64,000 nucleotides of DNA from Marsupella aquatica (taxonomy: Eukaryota; Plantae; Marchantiophyta). The notes under the pieces are model-generated. The model did not search any database. It worked only from the letters and a program-made list of their open reading frames with translations, and was not told where the DNA came from. Location of the stretch: NCBI GenBank assembly GCA_973895155.1, contig OZ316893.1:16956645-17020644 (forward strand). Direction: 5' to 3'. Position numbers and translations under genes: made by a program. Positions within the stretch are counted from its first letter, which is position 1. The number at the start of each line of letters is the position of its first letter. This document shows, in pieces, positions 26,401 to 37,901 of this stretch.

Positions 26401-27576
26401 CATTCAACTTGAGAATTAATGTAAACGCATTTCCTGAAAGAATCAATTTCGCCGACCCCAACGTACGCCCTTCGGACTAGGAATGGGAGAAACTCTAGAC
26501 CTCGATCAAATCTAACCTTGGCTCACAGTACACGAATGGAGTCGGCTCGGAAAGAAGCTATGACTCTGGATGGCGAGTGGGATGTGGGTATTGGAATTGC
26601 ATTTGGGAAGCAATTCAAAATCCGGACCCACGAGAACCTTCGATCCCCAAACACTTACTTTGTCCAAATTTGCGTCTTCCCAACCTGTTCCTGTGAGGAT
26701 TTCTTCCGTCGTCATTCTTGCGGCAAGCCATATATGCCTTGTAAACATTTGTATTGGGTGTTTATAAATGTCTTCAAGTTTCATGTAGAGGAGTCTACCC
26801 TGTGTAGCCAGCCCATTTTCACAGTTGCGGAAGTCAGACTCGTGTTGGATAGGCAAAACGCGAATGGCTTGTAGAGTAACACGACATTCTAGAGACTGTC
26901 ATTTTTCGTAACGGATACTATGGTTTTTGTCTGTAGTCAACGGATATTACACTGGTTTTTTCTTGCTTTTGGTTAGCGCCTGGCGCTGGTTCCAGAACAT
27001 TAATATTGTTAAATTTTGAATTTTATCTGGTTATTGTCATGTTGTTGTCCCTTAACTTAAACTTTTGTCCCTGTTAAAGCTTTGTTAGCGCTTGGCGCTA
27101 GTTTTCACACTCTGTCCGGCTCCAATATTGCAAATGCCAGAACCCTTCTTCGTCGATCGGTTGTTTAAGCCTATAACTGGATTTAGGGTGGGTCCCACCA
27201 TAAATTACTCCATCCTTGCATGGATTTTATTTTTCCTTCTTGTAGGCCGAACTGCGCTTTCTGAACTGGACTGTTCTGGAATGATGTTGTATCTAAATAG
27301 CAGGGATATTCAATGACGACATTATTCATGTAGAACAGATGGACACTCGGTTTGGAACCTCTCTTTGCAGCTGTCACAACACACTTGGCTTATATCTGAC
27401 CGCGTCACATTTGGCACTAACAAGACATTCAACTTGATGATGTGGTGGAAAATGACGTTAATTTTTGGCAAACTTAGCCAAAAAGTACACTTTTACCATA
27501 AGACTTTCTTGTTACCAGTTAAGAGTTACCTGATAACAGGAATTCTGTTACCTATTTCCTGTCACCGTTGTTATAC

Positions 27577-30500
27577 CCGCTTGTTCCATTGTCTTGGTGA
27601 CTGCTTCAACCCATACCAGGATTTCAGCAATCTGCAAACCAGTTCCTCCTGTCCTCTCTTCACAAAACCTAGTGGTTGTCTCATGAAGATCACCTTTTCC
27701 AAGGTGCCATAGAGGAAAATTGTGACAACATCCATCTGATCTAGCAGCAGACCAAACATTACAACAAGCACACACAATAGCTGTATTGTTGAGTACTTAG
27801 TAACTGGTGAGAAAACCTCATTGTAATCCACACCTTTTTCCTGTGTGAATCCCTTGGCTACCAACCTAGCCTTGTAGACCTTTGATCCACCTCCCGTAGA
27901 CTGATCCTTTAGCTTGTATATCCATTTATTGTCCACCACTTGCTGACCCTTAGGTAGCTTAACAAGCTCCCAAGTTTTGTTGTCCTTCAGTGACTGCATC
28001 TCCGTTTGCATTGTTGCAATCCACTTTTGCTTCTCCTTTGAAGCACTTGCCTCATGAAATGAAGAAGGTTCCCCTTCTTCCAAAATTAACGCATCACCCA
28101 TCATCAACTGCAAAATCGTCCTCTTGCAGTTGAGATGAATCAACCCACTGTCCATACTTGGGAGGAGCGCGTACAGTGCGACCAGATGTTCTTCTAGCCA
28201 ATGACTTCGGTTGAACTGCGTCTACTGGTACAATTTGAAGCTCAGTAGCATCCACTTGCTGCTCACCAGCATCAACAAACTCCTCTTGTTCCTCTAGCAC
28301 AGGAACCAACTCCATGCTTGGAGCACCTCCTTCTCTCCAATCATGTATCTCATGATCAATCTCCCCCTCAACGAGATCCGGGATAGGAGATTTTCCTTTG
28401 TCAGTACGGGAGACCTGAGTATTCTCCCCCTCCTTCAATAATCTAGATTCATTGAAGGAAACATCCCTATTGACAATGAGCTTACAGGCAATAGGATCCC
28501 ATAGCCTGTAGGCCTTCACACCACTCTGATACCCAAGAAAAATACATTTCTTGGACGTAAGATCCAACTTGGTCCTATTCTGCTTCGGTGTGAGAGTATA
28601 TGCATCACTTCCAAAAACTACCAAGCCATGATAGTTTGCTTGCTGCTTATAACGCATTTCAAATGGCATTTTGAAATTGATTGCACTAGAAGGAGAAAGA
28701 TTTACCAAATAAGCTGCAATATTGACAGCTTCTGCCCAAAATTCCTGTGGTAAACCTGATTGGCTCAACATACTCTGTGACCGCTCCAACAATGTTCGAT
28801 TGAGCCTCTCAGCGACACCATTATGTTGCGGAGTATAAACTGCGGTGAGATGGCGAGTTATCCCCTGTTCTGCACAGTACTCTTCAAATTCTATTGAAGT
28901 GTACTCCCCACCGTTGTCTGACCTGTGACTCTTCACCCTTGTATCCAAACACTTCATCGTGTTTCCTGCCTGATTCTCCACTTGGGCCTTCCACTTCATA
29001 AAAATGGACAAGACATCAGACTTATGCATCATGAAATAAATCCATATAAATCTCGAGTAATCGTCAATGAAGGATACATAGTACAATTTTCCAGAATGTG
29101 AGGGAGTTGGGGATGGTCCCCACACGTCACTATGTATATACTCAAGAACCGCTTTGGAACGATGAGTTCCAACACCGAAAGCACGATGATGCTGCTTTCC
29201 AAAAATGCAATGCTCACAGAAATCCAATTTACAAGACTGAAAATCAGAAATGAGCCCATTCTTCTGTAAGATAGTCAAACCCTTTTCACTCATGTGGCAT
29301 AGCCGTGAATGCCATAGTTGAGTCATTTCCTCGTGAGACTTGGTTACATTGGCCTCTCCACATACTGTATTGCCTGCAGCACATACAAATTCTTTTATCT
29401 GCTCTCCTTCAAAATCACTGTCTCTCCTGACATGACTTGAAGTTCACCATCAATTACTCGCCATTGATGACCATTTGTATCCAACACACCGAGTGAAATC
29501 AAATTTTTACGCATGCCAGGTACAAACCTAACTCCGGACACTGTGCGCACAATGCCATCAAACATTTGAATCTTTACAGACCCAATATCTTCAACTCGAC
29601 AAGAGTGATCATTTCCCATCAAAATTGAACCATTTGACACAGAATAAGAATTGAAATACTTGCGAATGTAACAAATGTGAAAGGAGCAAGCACAATCAAG
29701 AATTCACACATCATTTTCTCTCCTAGATGATGTGCATAGGGCATACTTCTGACTTCATAAAATATATTCATCATTGAGTAAATCAACTTCTCCATCAGCA
29801 CTAGCCACATTGGTTGATGAAGATTCAGTTGCCTTACCCTTACAATCCCTCTTAACGTGACCAACCTTGTGACAGTTCCAGCAGACTACTGGCTTTCTCT
29901 CCTGGGACTTCCCCCTTGAAGCAAATCTTGTCCTAGATTTACTTTGTCCCTTGCCATTCGTGCGCTGCTCGAGACACTATTGTGACCTCCCACGATTCAC
30001 ATTCAAGACAGCACCAGATGACGATGATGTTTGGGCTTGACCCAACTTCTTTTGTGCATCATCTGACAGCAAAGAGCTTACCATCTCATCGTATGAAATA
30101 GACTTCAAGTCTCTATACAAGAGAACCTACTTCAAACCCTGATAAGATGGGGGTAAGGAGCTGAGAAGAAGCAAGGCCTTGTCTTCTTCTTCAACGCCCT
30201 TACCGAGATACTTTCAAATCTCCAAGATACCTGGAAATTGTCATCAAATTGTTAGTGTTTGCAATACAAGTTCCAGCTTGTGTACAAGCACAAAAGGAGA
30301 CCACACCAAGAGAGGGGGGTAAGGAGCTGAGAAGAAGCAAGACCTTGTCCTCTTCTTCAATGCCCTTACCAAGATTAGACAAATCAATAGCTAGGCTGTC
30401 AAATTCATCCAAGTGATCCTGGAGCTTGTTCCCCTCTTTGAGCCTAAGGCTCATCAAGAGAGACTTCTTGTACAATCGATCTGATGCATCCTCCCGATAG

Positions 30501-30793
30501 TACTTCTCCCTTAGGGCTTTGAACAGAGATGCACAATCCGCGTAGTCATCCAACTTCTTGGTGATATGCGGCTTCAGATAAAGCATCATCGCATTCACTG
30601 CAATTACTTGTTCCTGCCTCCACCTCTTTAGTGGAATCTCCTCCTCATCATCGTACATTTCTCGTGTAGAGAGAAGATGATCTAAGCCCATAGCGCGAAG
30701 AACTCCTTTCACTTGCTTCTCCCAGAGCAAGTAGTCCGTACGCCCATCATACTTTTCCACCTCAAACTTGACACCTCCAAACCTGGATGCCAT
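27577..30793 (-). pseudogene. Copia A gag-pol (gag, PR, GAG-pre-integrase, IN, RT N-terminus)
   Basis: VKFEVEKYDG, CWNCHKVGH, LWHSRLCHMSE, HSDVWGP, RSDNGGEY, YKARLVAKGFTQ, YGLKQSPRQW. Multiple disruptions. Confidence 0.92.
30145..30375. repeat. ~65-bp direct duplication of gag sequence flanking ~100 bp of unrelated filler
   Basis: 30145-30209 matches 30311-30375 (GGGGGTAAGGAGCTGAGAAGAAGCAAG...CCCTTACC). Confidence 0.85.
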
Positions 30794-31173
30794 CTCTTTT
30801 TCCTTCACAACCCCCTCTATTCATTGCACCGGTGACTGTACCGGTGTCACATGCGCTTCCTCTTGCTCCTCTCTCTCCTCCTCAAACCGTCGCGGTGATC
30901 CTCCTGCTTCAAGATCCACTTCTTCAAAAATCTCCTTCGAATCACTCATGTGAGAATGCAAGAAAAATGACATTTTTCTCAACTTCTGCAAAAACTCAAA
31001 ACTTATTACCGCCACGTAGCCCACAAGCCTAGCTTTCCAATGCTGAAAACCAGAATTAAAACCGAACTCTGACGTAAAAGTTATTCACTTTTCGGTTGGG
31101 GTGGATAAAACTTGGAATTCTCCCCCGTTTTGACCACCTCGGGGAATAACCAAAAAGTGAACTAGTACCCAAC

Positions 31174-34100
31174 TGTGGTGCGTTTCCCAAGACCTCTAAC
31201 CCCAAGAACTACCCTCAACCGATCATAAATCACTTGTTTATGTCCGTCCTCTTGCCTTATGGCAGCTATTCGGCTTGGAAACGCGATACTCTCCTTCAAT
31301 CCACACTTACCGGACCGATTCTTTCATTGGGCTTGTGAATTGTGCACAACTGAGACACCTAATTCCTCTTTAACTTCTTCAGGTATATTTGTATTCCGCC
31401 CCCGGAATGTACCTCTACGGCTTAATTTCTTAAGCCGGCTGAAGGTCTTTTTCAGACTGACTCAACCCACACTTCACCGACTAACACTCTCAATCCTCAC
31501 TTTTCTCTCAGAGTTTGATTGGGCAGTTTCCAATCAAGACAATGCGATTGTATTTTGCTCAACAGTTCACCCTATCTGACTTAAATCGATCAAGCAATAG
31601 ATATCATAACACTCAAATTCTTGGATGGCAAGAATCTGCGAACTATGCAACGAGGCCAACTCAATTCAAACAATTGCTCAGAAATCCAAGGGAACTGGTG
31701 GTTTACTGATACCCTGCGGTCTAGATTTAGCCAAGAGCTTCCTGTGCTCACAACAATACAGATTAACACTAAAGCCTTGACTAAGAAAAAGCCCCCGAAG
31801 CCACGCTGCCCAGGTTTTTATCCTTGCAGCGCATTCAGGAAAAAACAAACGGAAATCCTAACCACCACACACGGCCTTCCACCGCGATAATCCTACCAAA
31901 AAACTATCACCTAAAAACTTGAATAGCCCGGAACCCTGTGTGAACCGAGCATCTACTACTACCTAAGCCGACAGGGCGCTACTTGCCCTGTCCCATCCTA
32001 CAATGGCCGTGCCCTTCTGGCCCAAGCCCTTCTCCTGCCGCCACGTCCTCCTTCCAACCGATGACTGGCCCTCCTTAATTGTCAGATGACCGGGGGTAAG
32101 TCCAAATCTTTCGACTCTGCACCTTCTCCTGCCATCGGCCCCGGCCTGACCCCTTTGGCTTCCTCGACTTCGGCTTCTGGTTTTTTGGCCCCGGCCTCGG
32201 TCTCGGCATCGGCATCTGCATTGGCATCCTCCTGGGAAACGGCTTGGAGAGCCTTTGCCTTAACTTCCTCAATCCAAGCCTTTTCCCCAATGCACTCGGT
32301 CTCGATAACCCACGGTTTCACGTTCTGTGCGTCCATAGAAGCAGTACCATCATCTAAACCTGTTACCGCAGCTCCAAGTTGATCCGCAGTACTTACCTCT
32401 ACCACCGCTACCTTCAGGGCCACAGTACCACAAATGTGAGCGGCCATGCTCTCGACTTCCTTCGGAGTGGCTTTAAGGGCCTTAACTTTATTATCGCCTG
32501 GCCCCATGAACGTCTTTGCCAAGTCTGCCACCAACTGCATGGCTTTGCCCCTAGTCACGCTTGACAACAAGGAGCTTGGCTTCGGCTTCGGCTTCACTAT
32601 ATTTCCGCCTACCATACTACTGTCGGGAAGTCTTTCAGTTGGTGACCCATATCTCGCTTCGGCATACTTCTTCAATTTCTGCATTTGATTGTCGGCACGC
32701 CTCTGCAACCTGATCATCTTATCCTTGGCCTCCTCCAATTCCTGAGATACGTCTTCAACTTCATCGTTAAGCCGTAGTATCTTGGCCCTGGCCGTCTTCA
32801 ACTCCTCATTTAAGATGTGCACGATCTCCAACTCTTGCTTATCTACGGCTGCTTTCAAGGAGTCGTTGATACCTTCCAGTTTTGTGACCTTGTTCGTCCA
32901 TGCCTGCTTTGTCTTGGTTAGCTCCTCCTGAAGCTCCTTGCGTATCTGTTGAACCCGGTTTAGGTGATCATTGGCCGCCGTGCACATGGCGTCATCATGC
33001 TTCTCACGCATGGCCTCCAACCGGTCGAGTAACTTATCATACTTCCTTTGGGCTTCTGCCAAGGCCTTTTCGCTCTGGGTGGCATGCTCCTTAGCCGTCT
33101 TTCTGAGCCTCTCAACTTGGCGATTTAAACCCTGTACTTCTACTTTTTAACTCCAGCTCTATCTTCGTCAACTTTTCCTTGATCTGCTGGTTATCCAATT
33201 GGTAGTTTTCCAATTGGTTGTTTGCCACTTCCAATTCCTGTTGCCTAGCCAAGAGATCATGCTGAGTTGGTTGACCAGACTTTGTCTTAGCAACTTCGGC
33301 CTCCATGGTGCGAAGCCGAGCGATTACTTCCTCCTTCTTCAATCGCTCCAATGTCATTGCCTCCTCCAGTCTCGTCTGATCAGCCATTTCTTTTCTAAGA
33401 AATGGCCCGGATTCCAACTCGTTGCCGAAGATTTCTAAGGCTAAGAGTCCACACATGTCTCCATACTCCTTAGCCCGATTTCTTGCATAGTTTGACCTCC
33501 CAGGTGATACTGGCATCTGCCATTGAGATCGTCTCTCCCAAGCTTATGCCCGTAATTGGTCGAAGTCAGTGAGAGTTTTGGCTTGCCTCTCACTAAGCCG
33601 TCTTATTCCTTCCGGCCACTCTCCTCCTGGTAGCTGGCATTCATGTTCTGCATTTCGGGCCCCTCACTCCTTAATCTTCTCATGTAGCCTGGCTTTAGCT
33701 TCCTTCATCTTGTTGAATTCCAATGGCGTCACATCTGGTGGAGGAGATTCTGGCGTTTTTTGGTCCTCCGGTTTGCCATAGAAGACCGCGGGAAGTCTTC
33801 TACAAAACCTTCCCATCGTTCTAACTCCTGGTACCGGCCTCTCCCCGTGATCGACATAGTCGTTGTCGTAATCATCCACATTAACCTGACTACCTAACAT
33901 GTCGGCCTCTCCTCCAAAGCCCCCGATCTCTTCCTCTGAAAATTGTTGGGCTGCTGCTGGTTGACCTTCCTCCATGGGTCCGTTCACTTGGGCTCTGTTA
34001 GAAGCTTTTACTACCGGCCTCTCCTGGCCTCGGCTTACCTCCTCATCTGTCTCCGAATCCATTCGCTCGTCATATTTCTTTCTCTCTTCGGCGGTCATCT

Positions 34101-35801
34101 TCCTCTCGACCAACTGGATGCTTGCATATGGATTATTGCGAGTAGGCCGGCGTAACGGATTTCTCACTACATCATATGTTACTACCTCTGGTTCCTTGAT
34201 AGAGGAATGCTCCCATTCTCGTGTTGCCTGTGTTGCCGACCTCCTCCCGTGGCATCGTATGTTTAGAGGCTCCTCGTCCTCCTCCACCTCCTCAAGTGGT
34301 GCAGTGATCTGCATCCGCTCCTGTATAGGCAACACTGGTGCAAAAGACTGGCTTCTTGCATATCGGCAAAGTAATTGCAGATGGTACCCTAGTCTGGATA
34401 CCGCTCCCTCCCCAATGCTTTGCTTCTCTTCGTTTAATGCCTTCTTCAACTGCATTAAGAGATAGCCGTTGTAGTCTCGGCTTGCATCGATATTCTCTAC
34501 CAAAAATACCTGGGCTTTGCCGATTTCTGCTCTCGGCAAGGTACAATGCAATGTGACTCTCAGGAAATCAATCAGCTGCCCTATATGTGGGTTGGTACAT
34601 TGATTCCTTAAAAACCCATTCTTAGTGGAAGGCCCTGGAAATGACCTCAACTGGTCGTCCGGCAACGTCTTCCTCTGCTCCACCTTTGTCTTCCTTCCTG
34701 TTGGTAAAGCAAACACGGCTTTGATAAGCGCAGGTGTTAATTCGAACACCTTTCCATACAGCAGCGTTGTGTTGGAAGAAGCCTCCCAGCATCCCACGAA
34801 GTCCAACAGATCCTCATCCGGTATGTCTACCATTCTCCAGGACAACCTGACAAAGCCCTCCAACCCAGTGTCATTCATATATCCTGCATATTTGTTATCC
34901 TGAACGGCACTGAAGACCTCATCCTCATCTCTTGCGAACTATAATTGTAAATCGGCAGGTAACCTGTTTGCCCACCCTGTCATGTTTTTATCTTCTACAG
35001 CCCGATCTCTAATTGGCCCGGATTCCATCTTGATTGGTCTCTCCGACCTAGTTCGCTTTGCTGGAGTTGTAGATGCCAAAACTCCCTTGCGCTTCATCTC
35101 TTCAGCGCCTCAACACTCCCCAAGAATAGCTGCCTTCGTCCACTTCGCAGTGTGACCCTTCAATTCCCAAAGTGGTTGCCCGACGTTCTTGATTGCCTCC
35201 CTGATCCCCATGACCTTATTCTCCCGAATTAGCAATTCGTCAAGCTCCGTACTGGTGGGTGTCCACAAGAACTTTTCCAACACCTCCTCCGTATCAACGA
35301 ATGCCAATTTGTGAATTCCCCACAATCGCGCAAGCTTTGCTCGTTCTCTGGCTGCGCTCTTCGGCTCAACGTCTTCATACGTAGGTATCAACTGCCTTGC
35401 TTCTTCAAGCAAATAGCCCCAAAACTTCCCTACGTGATTCACCGTGTTCATTCCACCGAATGCCAAGAACTTGCGCAATTTCCCAAACCACCTCCTCCGA
35501 TCAATCGGCAGCTGATTCCACCTCCCTAGGTTGATCGAACAAGCAATTGCACTAGTGTACAGAGTGTCGGTCCCCTCCCTACGAAGCCGCCTCCTGATGG
35601 CTTACCTGATCAAGCCCTGATTAGGTCATAACCCTAATCCCACTTCATCGCGACCGTTGGATCAGATCCCATCACAATTTCCCCCGAACATATTGCAATC
35701 GGCTTCGATCCTTATAACTCCCTAATTATATCTACCTAATCTTTATTTAGCCATTATTTTAGGCTTAACTAAGTACTTTGTGATCCTGGCACGACATCAC
35801 A
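31174..35801. mobile_element. 4628-bp TG...CA insertion with 5-bp TSD; probable very long solo LTR, possibly Gypsy-type
   Basis: Begins TGTGGTG and ends CATCACA. TSD CCAAC at 31169-31173 and 35802-35806. The flanks rejoin to match the Copia B 5' UTR. No internal direct repeat or pol domains seen. Confidence 0.8.
32082..35097 (-). pseudogene. ~1000-aa degenerate ORF: globular plant-transposon-protein-like N-terminal domain plus long coiled coil
   Basis: ATG 35097 (MKRKGV..). ORFs 33664-34878, 33112-33516 and 32082-33062 link through stops and frameshifts. E/K/Q-rich heptad-like C-terminal half. Confidence 0.6.
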
Positions 35802-37406
35802 CCAACGTCGGAAATACATTTCAATTTGTGCACCGTGTTGCCAACTCCAATGGCTAGCAACTTGCCGAAGATGAACAAAAAAAGTTACCGTTCAACGGAC
35901 AAAATCTTTGACGGACGGCCAAAAACACGCTCTCTATTTTTGGGGAATATTCTTGCATAGAGCAGCATGGCTCACAGGGGGCCGTTCCCCCTGTCCAAGC
36001 CGTTAAAGTGGAGGGCGGCAGGTCCTGGGATGCTGCTACCAATCAGAAATTGGGAAAAGGAATAAAAAGTAGGGGCTAAAGGGGGTTTAAAGCCCCTTTA
36101 TTAAATCGGGAGTATAGAAAAAAAAGGGGGTCGTTTGGACGGGCGTGTACAGGTCGGGGGGCGCGGGCTGCCAAGAGGAGCAACCACAAAAGTGCTGCCA
36201 GAAGCAGTCGCTGGTGGCGTGAAGGGCCGCAAAGGGAGGGACCAGTGGGAGGGCGAGGGAGGACCGGCGGGCTGATGGGGGCAACAAAGCCGCTGGCCAG
36301 CGCTTCAGTTGCGAACACGACCGCGGCTGCGGCTCGTGTATTTGGGGAGGGGGGCGGTGGTGGGGTGCGTAAAGGGAGGGTCAAGAGGGGGATTGCGTGT
36401 TTACACACATGATCGGGTGTGTGCACACACCACCGTGTGTGTATACACACACCAGCTTTTAAACCCCCCCCCCCCCCAAAAAAAAAACCAAAAAATGCCC
36501 CTCACAATACAAAGGAAATAACCACACGTTGCCAAGGAGAAGAAAACAGCATGTGGCTGGTAAGGGCCCTAATGACACTCCTCTCCAAAGTGTGGTGGAG
36601 GTCTCTAGAGAGAGAGAGTCGTAAATGGAGTATTTTTTGAACAAAAAATTGGCCCATAAGAAATCCAAAAATGCTTGTGGAAATCAAACGAAAAGAGCTT
36701 GCACCTTGTAACGTTTGGATTACGGTGAGGAATCAAAAACCAATGTCGGTGGGTTGGAAAGATTTGCGCACCAGCACCGTTTTCTGGTCAATCAGTGGCA
36801 AAAACTCAGAACTCTTTCCTCCCGTGGGCAAAACCGTCAATCTTGGACTCAAAATGATCACCTCTTTGTGATCTCTCCGTTCAGCCCAAGTACTTCACGT
36901 CCCTCCCTCCGAGTCAAGCGCAACAACGAGAAACCCCGCTCAGGCAAAAGAGGACTCCATAGCCAGTCAGAAAATCAGAATGTTTCTTTTGCTTGTTGCG
37001 ACGCACTCGTTGCACACTCGGCAATAAACCATCTACCAAAACAATCAGCTCGTCCCGATCTACAAGCAGAGCTATAACATGCGATGCCTCCTTCGCCATA
37101 GATCTCACACCGTCGGGAAAACAAACTCTGGTCCCTCCTCCGAAAAACCGTCGAACACGAATGTTGTCAACTTTCTTCACAAATTCCAGAACAACGCAAA
37201 CTTAGATCTCTCCGCACCACGATCTCCATTCAACAATTTCTTTGCACCGTTAGAAAGCCCTTGCCCCAATCTATCCGCTGAGCCCATAAACTCCAAGTTC
37301 CCTACGATGGAACTCGGGGAAATCCACCGACACTCAATGCTGGAAAAAACCGTCACGAAATCCCGTCACGAACAATGTCACCTCCCACGCATGCTCTGAT
37401 ACCAAT

Positions 37407-37749
37407 TGTTGAGCATAGACAACACTTGTAACGGTAAGCACATGACACATCCAACGTGCAAGTAGTCGACACAAGAGATACGTGGTTCACCTCCTCGAGG
37501 CTACGTCCACGAGAACACACAAGAGAGCTTTACTAAACTCTAAGCCCGTCGGCCATACCAAGTCTCCACAGTGTAAGCTCTCCTCATCTCTCAAGTGGCT
37601 CCATAACAATGAGCCTAAGTTCCACTTATCCAAGCAAACACCGCTTGGCATATAGTGTGCATCCTAGTTAACCTAACCACGTCTCCAACTATGGTTAGCC
37701 TAACTACGGTTACATGTCATAACCCTAGACCATGAGTAAATATCTAACA
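37407..37749 (-). repeat. 5' LTR of Copia A (343 bp)
   Basis: TGTTAGATA...CTCAACA on the minus strand, homologous to the Copia B LTRs, next to the PBS. Confidence 0.9.
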
Positions 37750-37901
37750 GGTATGGCTCTTCTTGGAGGAATGATGGCTCGTCCTTGCCCGATGGAGGTA
37801 CTACACGTGATGGAGACAAAAACATAAGGTTTACAGGAGGAAATGTTCCCAACAAATTCTCAATGCAGGATGCGCACGGAGGCCCAAAGAATGCACCTTA
37901 C

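Larger units (their letters stand above)
15733..26874 (+). pseudogene. MULE-type DDE transposase with GCM/WRKY-like N-terminal Zn domain and C-terminal SWIM finger, interrupted by a LINE
   Basis: Removing the LINE joins DRAKDCYI|WTQ. Then CTGFIECRNKSC..CHYC..C..AVHIGEHNH (GCM-like); W*SFDVMKRV, FMADNAQAGWIAVRNVF, AFHFYQS, WISWWVVRWRQWG; intron 25142-25352; TGSESRHASMK (catalytic E); CSCEDF..PCKHLYW (SWIM). Several TAG/TGA stops. Confidence 0.8.
621..27099. repeat. Dispersed 13-bp palindrome AGCGCCNGGCGCT, 15 copies
   Basis: Copies start at 621, 693, 777, 12488, 12592, 14002, 15113, 15175, 15321, 15424, 15487, 25191, 25294, 26975 and 27087. Each has 0-2 mismatches, often extended to (C)TAGCG..CGCTA(G). 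Confidence 0.9.
1..27577. mobile_element. Large Mutator-like (MULE) DNA transposon, left end outside window; >10 kb after removing the CACTA and LINE inserts
   Basis: Contains a MULE-type transposase (15733-26874) and a divergent cargo gene. The same palindrome occurs across 621-27099. The right end abuts a Copia RT cut just after ...KQSPRQWNKR (27577). Read inward, the terminus is GGGTATAACAACGGTGACAGGAAATAGGTAACAG with GGTAAC sub-repeats. The second terminus and TSD are not visible. Confidence 0.7.
27577..37749 (-). mobile_element. Ty1/Copia element A (Tnt1/Tork-like); 3' part absent, cut by the MULE
   Basis: 5' LTR 37407-37749, PBS TGGTATCAGAGC (37393-37404), long 5' UTR, gag-pol. Same family as element B. 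Confidence 0.9.

Noticed and set aside
15733-26874. KDZ/Zisupton or hAT assignment for the transposase
   Set aside because: The D..MAD..FH..ES.H spacing and C-terminal SWIM fit Mutator. No KDZ CxC pattern or hAT dimerisation motif was recognised.
36400-36495. CA/TG hairpin and C/A homopolymer run, also the (TG)n/G-run at 63879-63912
   Set aside because: Simple low-complexity sequence with no supporting context.
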